48,066 nt of DNA, taken from positions 1 to 48,066 of IMG/VR virus record IMGVR_UViG_3300004369_000027; one strand, 5' to 3'. Position 1 is the first letter of the stretch, and every line of letters begins with the position of its first letter. The notes under the pieces are model-generated. The model did no database searches. It had not been told where the DNA came from and saw only the letters and a list, made by a program, of their open reading frames with translations. Below are positions 1 to 7,933 of the stretch, in pieces. The translations under genes were made by a program, and so were the position numbers. The DNA is from a virus (taxonomy: Duplodnaviria > Caudoviricetes).

Positions 1-2
1 AA

Positions 3-3000
3 AGATTTGGAGGTAAACTAAGATATGCAAGAGGTGGTTCATTAACATCTGCTCAAGATACAGCACAAGCTGTTGATTTGAATAAAGATGTAATGAGAAG
101 AGATGTTAAAAAAGCTTCTGTTGGAGAAGACTTTTTAGCTGGGCTATATGGTGTTGGTGAAGGATTATTAGATACTGTCACTTTTGGATTAACTGATGAA
201 TTAACTGATGCAGGATTTAAAGGATTACAAGCTGCAGCAGGACATGATATTAATTCTGATGAAGCTAAAAGACAAGCTGGTATTGCAGGTTGGGGTAATG
301 TAGCTGGAGCTGTAACAGGAGCTATAATTAATCCTGGAGCAATAGGTAGTGCTGCAGAAGAAGGATTAGAAGGTATTGGTACAGGTATTGAAGGTATTGA
401 TCCTAGTAGTGACATAGCTACTGGTATTGGTACAAGTTTAAAAGGAATGGCAAGCTCAAAAGTGCTAGGTGGTCTTAATGATAAAGATAAAATACCAGAA
501 GGAATGCAAGGATTTTCAAAATTATTTATGGCCAGAAATGGTGGAAGATTTAGATATGGCTATCGTGGAGGTGGACATATGTTAAATCAAAATATGGGAT
601 TAACAGAAATTGATGGCCCTTCACATGAAGATGGTGGTGTTACACTACCTAACAGTGGTGGAAGACCTGATGTTGAAGTAGAAGGCCCAGAAACTATTTA
701 CACTCCAGAAAACTATGTAATGTCTGAAAAGATGAAAGCTTCTAAAGAAGCTCTTGAATATGCAGGTATTACTGGCAAAGCTGCTAGAAGATTAGCAGGT
801 AAAAGCTATGCTGATCTAAGTAAGGCTATTAAATCTAAAGCAGGTGATAAATTAAGACCTGCAGATCCTCTGTCAAAGAAGATGCTAGATAAGGAAATGA
901 AAAGACTTATGATGGCTCATGAATATGACAGAGAAGCTAAAAGAATGAAAGATGAAGCTATGAGGAGCCAAATGATGGGAGGCTCTAATATTATAGCTGA
1001 AACACCAGAGCAAAGAGCTGGAGGATATAATATGTATCCCAATGCTGAAAGTATTGCATTTCCTGGTAGTGGGCCTACATCTGTAGTACCTACATATAAT
1101 AATGACCCAATCATGGTTACTGGTGCTGATGGTAGTCAGCAAATGTTAACTAATGAACCCATTGAAACTGAAGCACCCTTTATTGAACAAAAAATGGCAC
1201 AAGGCGGTAAAATGATTAAAAGAGCTGATGGCTCATATTCTAGAAGAGGATTATGGGATAACATCAGAGCTAACAGAGGTAGTGGTAGAAAACCAACTAA
1301 ACAGATGTTAGAGCAAGAAGCTAAAATTAAAGCAGCAGAAAAAGCCTATGGTGGGTACTATGCTGATGGTGGTAAAATGCCAACAGAAGTACTTAGGTCT
1401 AGACTTGAATCTCATATGTCACCTCAAGAAGCTGACAATTATCTAGAGCAATATGCTGATGGTGGCAGCTTTGATAACCCTGGCTTTAGAGCTTTGCCTG
1501 ATTATGTACAGGCTAAAATTAAATCTAATATGGCATTAGGTGGTTTTATGGGTGACTACATTGATGAAGATGATACCATGGAATATGGTAGTGGTGGTTA
1601 TACTGTAAGAAGGTCTAATGACAGGAAAGGTAAAACCCATGTAGTAACTGGCCCTGATGGAACTAAAAAGTATTTTGGTGATCCTAAGCTAGGAGAAAGA
1701 GGTAAATCTAAATATGGTAAAGATGCTTTCTATGCTAGACATAAAAAGAACTTAGCTAAAAATCCTTACTTTAGAGCTTATGCTAGAGCTACTTGGGAAG
1801 ATGGTGGTTATATGAATATGCTTGACTCTAATGTAGATATGGTAGATATAGAAACTCCTATGTATGAATATGGAGGTTCTATGATGTATGGTCAAGGTGG
1901 TGGTATTCATATTGATCCTAGCAAAAGAGGTACATTTAAAGCACAAGCTTCTAGAATGGGTATGGGTGTGCAAGAAGCAGCTAGAACTATTCTAAATGCA
2001 CCTGAAGGAAAGTATTCTCCTGCTATGAGAAAAAAAGCTAACTTTGCTAGAAACTTTGCAAAAGCTGATGGAGGATATATGTATCAAATGGGAGGTGAGA
2101 TGATGGCTCAACAACCTCAAGGTGGTGGCCAAGAAGAAATTATGCAACAAGTAGTGCAAATGCTACAGCAAGGCATGGCTCCTGAAGAGATTGTGGGACA
2201 ACTAGTTAAAATGGGATTACCCCAAGAACAAGCTATTCAAATAGTACAAATGATTGTTCAACAAATGCAAGGGCAACAACAAGCTCCACAAGAAGCTCCA
2301 CAACAAGCTCCTCCTATGATGAGAGGAGGTGGTTATATGTATCAGATGGGTGGAGAAATGGCTCCACAACAAGCACCTCAACAAGGTGGTAGCCAAGAGC
2401 AGATTATGCAAGCTATTGTTGAAATGTTGCAACAAGGTTTACAACCAGAACAAATTGTAGGAGAACTTGTTAAAATGGGTGTTCCACAAGAAGCTGCTAT
2501 TCAAGCAGTTCAAATGGTTATGCAACAAGTACAACAATCTCAAGGTATGCAGCAACAACAAGCTGCTCCTCCATTTGAGCAAGGTATGATGGGGCAACAA
2601 CAAGCAGCCCCAGCAACTATGAGAGGTGGTGGTAGAATGTATCAAATGGGAGGTTCTTTAGCTGATACATATTTGCAGAACTTAAATAAACCTAAGCCTT
2701 TATTTAGAAATGGTGGTAAGTTGTATTATCAGCAAGATATAAGTTTATTACCTGATAAAGGATATGCAGCAATTAACAAGTTTGAAAATACTATGGGTAC
2801 TTATGATGCTCAAGGTAATCCTATAGGCATGGGAAGGGGAGATCAATATGCTCAAACTGAAGATAAAGGTAAAATAGAATCATTTATTGATTCCTCTATT
2901 GGTAGAGATACTTGGGATAAATTACCTGATGATGTAAAAACTCAAATGTATTCCTTTATGTTTAATACAGGAAAGTATGATGCTGCTTTAAGTGGATTAG

Positions 3001-4175
3001 CTCAAGCAATTAACAACTCTACTGGAGGAGGTGACTTAGGTGATGAGAGAAGAGGGTATACAAGAGATTTTTCAGTTAATGCTATTAAGGGTGCAGATTT
3101 TAATAATCCTAATTTGTATAGTAATTATGTAAATGTTTTAGGAGATCAATATAACTCTATTGCAGATAGTACAAGTAAATTTAATAGTGGTGTAGGTGCT
3201 AATTATGCCCCTATATTAAGAAATAGACCTATATCAATACATAATAATTTATATCCTTCAGGTTATTCTTTTCCTTCATCTACATCTGCTCAACCTGCAG
3301 CAGTAGTACCTCAAGCTGCAGTAGCTCCCACTACTACTCAAACTAGTGCAGGAACTGGTGTTTTAAGGTTGCCAGATCCAGGAACTGATGTTACTTTAAA
3401 CCCTACTCAAATTGCATTAAGAAATTTTAATCAAGCTGGGCCAAGTAGTACTCCTGTAGGTAAACCTGAAAAATATCAACAATGGCAACCTAATACAGCT
3501 CCTATTGTAGCTGGAGGATTAAGTGCTGGTATTACTCCTATTGCTAATTTAGTAGCTTCTATAACTGGAAGAGATACTAGAGCTGCTGCTCCTTTAAAAT
3601 TTGAAAAACCTGATTACACTCCTGTAGCTATACAAAGAGCTGCTGCTAATCAAGCTTTAGCTAATACTAGAGAAGCTCTTAGAAGAGGTGCACCTACACA
3701 AGGTAACTACTTATCTAATTTAGCTATTACAGCTCCATCACTAGCTGCTAATGTAGGTAGAGAAATAGCTAATAAGAGATTTGAAATTGGTAAAACTAGA
3801 GCAGACATAGATATGAGACAACAGCTTGCTAATGACCAAATTAGAAGATTTAATATAATGAATCAAGGTAGAGATCAAGGTGCTAGAGAACAACTAAGAC
3901 TAGAAGCAGCTAAAGGATTCTCTACAATTGGTCAAGGTGTTACTAAAGACTTAGGTGAAACACTATATGAAGCTGATATTCTTAGGAACTTAGAAACTAA
4001 AGATTTTAGTCCTTTCAATTATATTAGAGATGAAAAAGGAAGATTTAAACAAGTTCTATCTCCAAGAGGTGCAGCACTATATAGAGATAATACCACAAAT
4101 AATCAGATTGTAAGAGATAATCAAGGTAATAAATATATGATATTGCCTGGAGGAAGAATTCAACTTATACAATAA
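3..4175 (+). CDS. Large modular putative virion cargo protein, 5'-truncated, with about 20 xxGG motifs and a Q-rich duplication
   Basis: Frame is open from nt 3 (RFGGKLRYARGG...), so the TTG at 78 is probably not the true start. Contains GPSHEDGGV, small basic modules and a C-terminal helical region; lies upstream of the vRNAP gene like crAss-like cargo genes. Confidence 0.75.
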   Translation, partial: RFGGKLRYARGGSLTSAQDTAQAVDLNKDVMRRDVKKASVGEDFLAGLYGVGEGLLDTVTFGLTDELTDAGFKGLQAAAGHDINSDEAKRQAGIAGWGNVAGAVTGAIINPGAIGSAAEEGLEGIGTGIEGIDPSSDIATGIGTSLKGMASSKVLGGLNDKDKIPEGMQGFSKLFMARNGGRFRYGYRGGGHMLNQNMGLTEIDGPSHEDGGVTLPNSGGRPDVEVEGPETIYTPENYVMSEKMKASKEALEYAGITGKAARRLAGKSYADLSKAIKSKAGDKLRPADPLSKKMLDKEMKRLMMAHEYDREAKRMKDEAMRSQMMGGSNIIAETPEQRAGGYNMYPNAESIAFPGSGPTSVVPTYNNDPIMVTGADGSQQMLTNEPIETEAPFIEQKMAQGGKMIKRADGSYSRRGLWDNIRANRGSGRKPTKQMLEQEAKIKAAEKAYGGYYADGGKMPTEVLRSRLESHMSPQEADNYLEQYADGGSFDNPGFRALPDYVQAKIKSNMALGGFMGDYIDEDDTMEYGSGGYTVRRSNDRKGKTHVVTGPDGTKKYFGDPKLGERGKSKYGKDAFYARHKKNLAKNPYFRAYARATWEDGGYMNMLDSNVDMVDIETPMYEYGGSMMYGQGGGIHIDPSKRGTFKAQASRMGMGVQEAARTILNAPEGKYSPAMRKKANFARNFAKADGGYMYQMGGEMMAQQPQGGGQEEIMQQVVQMLQQGMAPEEIVGQLVKMGLPQEQAIQIVQMIVQQMQGQQQAPQEAPQQAPPMMRGGGYMYQMGGEMAPQQAPQQGGSQEQIMQAIVEMLQQGLQPEQIVGELVKMGVPQEAAIQAVQMVMQQVQQSQGMQQQQAAPPFEQGMMGQQQAAPATMRGGGRMYQMGGSLADTYLQNLNKPKPLFRNGGKLYYQQDISLLPDKGYAAINKFENTMGTYDAQGNPIGMGRGDQYAQTEDKGKIESFIDSSIGRDTWDKLPDDVKTQMYSFMFNTGKYDAALSGLAQAINNSTGGGDLGDERRGYTRDFSVNAIKGADFNNPNLYSNYVNVLGDQYNSIADSTSKFNSGVGANYAPILRNRPISIHNNLYPSGYSFPSSTSAQPAAVVPQAAVAPTTTQTSAGTGVLRLPDPGTDVTLNPTQIALRNFNQAGPSSTPVGKPEKYQQWQPNTAPIVAGGLSAGITPIANLVASITGRDTRAAAPLKFEKPDYTPVAIQRAAANQALANTREALRRGAPTQGNYLSNLAITAPSLAANVGREIANKRFEIGKTRADIDMRQQLANDQIRRFNIMNQGRDQGAREQLRLEAAKGFSTIGQGVTKDLGETLYEADILRNLETKDFSPFNYIRDEKGRFKQVLSPRGAALYRDNTTNNQIVRDNQGNKYMILPGGRIQLIQ
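2070..2654 (+). repeat. Intragenic tandem duplication of an ~85-100 aa Q-rich helical unit plus start of a third copy
   Basis: GGYMYQMGGEM..QEEIMQQVVQMLQQGMAPEEIVGQLVKMGLPQEQAIQ..MRG versus GGYMYQMGGEM..QEQIMQAIVEMLQQGLQPEQIVGELVKMGVPQEAAIQ..MRG, followed by GGRMYQMGG. Confidence 0.9.
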
Positions 4176-4180
4176 TAACT

Positions 4181-6955
4181 ATGGCTATACAGTTTGTAAA
4201 ACCTATTGAAACTGAATATGATAGTCAGTTTATGCCCTTGCCGCTGGATACAATATATAAAAATATTGAAACTCAGCAGCAAGGTCTAGATGCAGCTAGA
4301 GCTGATCTAAACAAAACTCAGATTAATCTTAAAGGGCCTTTCTGGGCATCTCAGCAAGGTGCTGAAACTCCTATTAAAGAAAAATACCAATCAGAGGTAG
4401 ATGAGTTAAAAGAAAGGCTAGAAAGAGATAAAGGTAATTACAGTGTAATTGCTAGTAAACTAGCTGAAGTTAATCAGAAGTTTCAAAATGACCCAGAGGT
4501 TCAAAAACTTGTTAGGCAAGAACAACTAGAAAAGAAAAATATTGATTTAGGTAAAATAGCTGGAGGAACTGCTTTTATGCCTAATATACAATATGTAGAT
4601 GAAGCTACTCAAGAGATTAAATTTAAAGACTGGAGAGATATAAACGATGAGGATATTGTTGCACCTGTTGAAGATAAAACTCTTGAGCATGTTAATAAAT
4701 TAGTGGTAGAGAAGTTACAAGAACAATATAGACTAACTTATAATAAACCACAAGCACTTGTTTATAAAGATCCTGTGTCAGGTGCATATGTTGTTTTAGA
4801 AGAACCTGGTACAACATCAAAAAAAGAAATAATAAAAAATAATCCAATAATTAAACAAGCAATTAGAGCTGCTTCAGAATTGATAGCTCTAGATGCTAGT
4901 GGTCAAGGTCGTATTTTGAGAGAGTTTAAAGAAAATCCATTTGTACCACCAGTTACTTTACCTAATGGACAGCAAGTGGTTAAAAGAGGATATAGTAATC
5001 CAGCAGAACTAGAAAAATTTATAGAAAGAGCAGTAGATATAGTTTCATATCAAAGAACAGAAGAAAAAGCTCCAAAGGTTAGAGTTGAAACTGAAGGAAC
5101 TGCTTTAGATGCTGGTAGTGGTGGTAAAGTATCTCCTGGGCCTATTGATTATAATTTTATGGTAGTCAGTGGGCCTACAGTAGATTATACACCTACTTCT
5201 AATTATTCTCAAACATTAGGTGACTTAAGAAGAACTATTGAAGGAAATGAAGCTACTGCATTTAATAACTACATTTTACAAGTAGCTAATTTATCTACTC
5301 AATCACCTAAAGCTAAAGCTGTTTTGGATGGTCTAGATGGTATGCTTAGAGCAGCTCTACAAGGACAAACTATAGATGAAAAGAATAGGTTTATTCAGCA
5401 GTACAAAGAAAATCCTGCTGTTACTTTGTATAGTTTATTTAATGAAGAAGGAAAAGATGAGCAAGCAAGATTATCTGGTTTTGTTACAGAGTTGAAAGAA
5501 ATTAAAGATAATAACGAAACTTTCCAAAATGTTAGAGCAGAGTTTTTTAGATTAATGAATGATTTAGCTAAAGATCCTGACGAAATTACTAGAACTACGG
5601 CTGAACAGTTTTTCAAGATGAATGCTCAAATATCTGATGATAAACTAGTAGCTAATAATTTAGAAAAAATAGAGAACCAAATAGGTAAAACTATTATAAG
5701 TGAAGCATTTAAAAACTCTGAGTTTTTAGCAGAGTTTAATAAAATATATAGTAGCGACCCTAAGCAAGCAAAAGCTTGGAAAGATATTCTACTAGATGAA
5801 AACTCTACTAATGCTAGGATAATGTATGGTGCATTAGGTGGGGATAAACAACAACTAGCTGTTTTAGATCCTTCTTTTTTTGACTATGCTGGTGATGTAT
5901 TTATGGATGCATTAGATCTGCAGTATCAAGGTCAAGCTAGAGAAATTGCTAGAAATTCTGGAGAACAAGCTATTTTTCAAGCTTTAAAAAACTTCAAAGA
6001 AAAAACCAATATAGCAGCTAAAATACAAACAGAAGAATATATTAAAGATGCAACTACAGGTGAAAAAGCTTCTAAGAATTTTAATCCAGTTTTAAATAAG
6101 TTAAAAGAACATTACAACAATGACGAAAACTCTCTTTTGACTTTATTGCAAAATTCAGGATACTCTGTTAGAGAAAAAGGTAAAAGCGAGTTTAACTTAA
6201 ATGATGTTAGAGAAATATTTAATAACTCTATGATTAAATCGCCTGATTTTAAATTAGACGAAAATGAGGAAGTAGAAATATCATCTGTTGATTTAGGTTC
6301 ATTAGGAGAATCTTCTTTGCCTATTATATATTTTACTGTTAAAGACAAAAACGGAAGAAGCTCTTCTTTACCAATAAAATTACCAGAGGTAAATAAACCT
6401 GAATTGGCAAATATTATTGGAGAACTTATTGTTGATAATAATCCTAATGTACAAGATAAAGGTGCATCTATATATGCTAGAGTATTGCTAAATGAGTCAT
6501 ACATATCTTCTGTATCTACAGCTTTAAATATCTCTGATAAATCTGATAGATTAAAAGGAACTATTATTGACTTTAAACTTGGAGAAGAGCCTTATCAGGT
6601 AAAAATAGAAGGTAAAGGTAACTATGTAATTGGTAAACAAACAGCTGATGGAAAGTTTGCTCCTTTGGCTAAAACTACAACTGCAACTGGTACAGAGTTA
6701 CCTGCTAGTGTATCTAGCTTTAGCCAGTTCCTAAGATTTATGGGATATCACCAAATGCAGTATTTATCTAACCAAGGAGATCTTGCTGCTGGAGAAGCTC
6801 AAAGACAAAGAGAAGCTACTTATAGTGGATTGCCTAGTGCTTCACAAATATTTGGTGGACAATCTAGTGGAAGTACAGCTACAACTACAACTGCACCTAC
6901 AGCTGGAGAAGGAGGCTCTACAGGAGGTAGCCTGGGAAAGTTCAGGATGGAGTAG
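4181..6955 (+). CDS. Putative virion/ejection protein, 924 aa; probable N-terminal part of a -1 frameshift fusion
   Basis: Long ORF starting 5 nt after the previous stop, A-rich leader, N-terminal YDSQFMPLP, S/T/G-rich linker ending at the GGGAAAG heptamer. Confidence 0.75.
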   Translation: MAIQFVKPIETEYDSQFMPLPLDTIYKNIETQQQGLDAARADLNKTQINLKGPFWASQQGAETPIKEKYQSEVDELKERLERDKGNYSVIASKLAEVNQKFQNDPEVQKLVRQEQLEKKNIDLGKIAGGTAFMPNIQYVDEATQEIKFKDWRDINDEDIVAPVEDKTLEHVNKLVVEKLQEQYRLTYNKPQALVYKDPVSGAYVVLEEPGTTSKKEIIKNNPIIKQAIRAASELIALDASGQGRILREFKENPFVPPVTLPNGQQVVKRGYSNPAELEKFIERAVDIVSYQRTEEKAPKVRVETEGTALDAGSGGKVSPGPIDYNFMVVSGPTVDYTPTSNYSQTLGDLRRTIEGNEATAFNNYILQVANLSTQSPKAKAVLDGLDGMLRAALQGQTIDEKNRFIQQYKENPAVTLYSLFNEEGKDEQARLSGFVTELKEIKDNNETFQNVRAEFFRLMNDLAKDPDEITRTTAEQFFKMNAQISDDKLVANNLEKIENQIGKTIISEAFKNSEFLAEFNKIYSSDPKQAKAWKDILLDENSTNARIMYGALGGDKQQLAVLDPSFFDYAGDVFMDALDLQYQGQAREIARNSGEQAIFQALKNFKEKTNIAAKIQTEEYIKDATTGEKASKNFNPVLNKLKEHYNNDENSLLTLLQNSGYSVREKGKSEFNLNDVREIFNNSMIKSPDFKLDENEEVEISSVDLGSLGESSLPIIYFTVKDKNGRSSSLPIKLPEVNKPELANIIGELIVDNNPNVQDKGASIYARVLLNESYISSVSTALNISDKSDRLKGTIIDFKLGEEPYQVKIEGKGNYVIGKQTADGKFAPLAKTTTATGTELPASVSSFSQFLRFMGYHQMQYLSNQGDLAAGEAQRQREATYSGLPSASQIFGGQSSGSTATTTTAPTAGEGGSTGGSLGKFRME

Positions 6956-6972
6956 GAGATAATCCTATTCTA
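6934..6972 (+). other. Programmed -1 ribosomal frameshift signal (G GGA AAG, 7-nt spacer, stem-loop)
   Basis: In-frame GGA AAG at 6935-6940 preceded by G6934; hairpin tggagtagga/gataa/tcctattcta at 6948-6972; the -1 frame is open from 6931 to 7887. Confidence 0.75.
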
Positions 6973-7887
6973 GAAAAAGCACAAAGTTTAGTAGGTCTTC
7001 CATATAATTTTCAATGGAGAACAAATAAACAAGCTGGAATGGACTGTTCTGGTGGAGTATGTGAAGTTCTAAAAGCTAAAGGATTAGATCTAGGGTATGC
7101 TGACTCTGAAAGTTTATTTAAAAAGAGTGATGAAAGATTTGGAAAGTTTGCATCTTTTGTAGAGATGATACCTGAGCTAAGAGAAGGTGATCTTATATTT
7201 TTAGATAGTGGCCCTAAAAAATTTGATAAAGGAAGAGAATATGGTATTGACCATGTAGGGGTAGTAGTAGAAGATAACGATGGTTCTCTAAAATTATTTC
7301 AGTTTCAATCTGGGGAAGGAGCAACTTTAAAGCCTTTAAATCAAGCTTTAATTAGATATGATGCTATTGCTAGAAATAGATACATAGGCAGATTTAATGC
7401 TTTAGCTCCAGCTGTAAAAGAAACTGCAAATAACATAGAGCCTTCTAAAAGAGAAGCTTCAGCTAAGTCTTACTTAGAGTCTAAAGGATATTCACCAGCA
7501 GCAGTTGCAGGTATATTAGGTAATATAGCTACAGAAACTGGAGGAACATTTGATCATACATTAAAGCAAAAAAATGGTAATGGTTACGGACTATTTCAGT
7601 TTGACTTTATGAGAAAGTATTATGAAGATTACCTAAAAGAAAATGAAAAAACTGATTCATACCAATCACAAATTGATTACATGGATGATGTAATAAATGG
7701 TAGAGTTAGTATGATGTCTACTGAAAAAAGAAAAACATTACTTGATGTACTCCAAAAATCTAATGACCCAGAAGAAATAGCAAGAGTATTTATGGAAATA
7801 TTTGAAAATCCTGGAGTTCCACATTTAGACAGAAGAACAAAAGCAGCAAAAGAAATCTATACTCGCTATTATGGTAATAGAGGTTAA
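6940..7887 (+). CDS. Peptidoglycan hydrolase: NlpC/P60 domain plus phage-tail-lysozyme-like domain (ORF track start 7039; domain begins upstream, likely entered by frameshift)
   Basis: ILEKAQSLVGLPY...GMDCSG (catalytic Cys), GDLIFL, IDHVGV (His); then AAVAGILGNIATETGG..GYGLFQF..FENPG..RRTKAA typical of Phage_lysozyme2-like domains. Confidence 0.85.
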   Translation, partial: VQDGVGDNPILEKAQSLVGLPYNFQWRTNKQAGMDCSGGVCEVLKAKGLDLGYADSESLFKKSDERFGKFASFVEMIPELREGDLIFLDSGPKKFDKGREYGIDHVGVVVEDNDGSLKLFQFQSGEGATLKPLNQALIRYDAIARNRYIGRFNALAPAVKETANNIEPSKREASAKSYLESKGYSPAAVAGILGNIATETGGTFDHTLKQKNGNGYGLFQFDFMRKYYEDYLKENEKTDSYQSQIDYMDDVINGRVSMMSTEKRKTLLDVLQKSNDPEEIARVFMEIFENPGVPHLDRRTKAAKEIYTRYYGNRG

Positions 7888-7900
7888 AGTAACTTTTATC

Positions 7901-7908
7901 TATATTTG
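7901..7908 (+). promoter_or_regulatory. Bacteroidota-type -7 promoter element TAnnTTTG upstream of the vRNAP gene
   Basis: tatatttg in the 46-nt intergenic gap, ending 25 nt before the ATG at 7934; no clear -33 box. Confidence 0.5.
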
Positions 7909-7933
7909 ACGTATAATATAAAAATCTAATTTC

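Noticed and set aside
78-80. TTG start for the first ORF
   Set aside because: Frame is open to the window edge and the upstream codons already contain xxGG motifs.
6953-6972. TAG read-through or stop-codon reassignment joining the 924-aa gene to the hydrolase
   Set aside because: The same frame hits another TAG five codons later and the hydrolase is in a different frame; giant ORFs are intact under the standard code.
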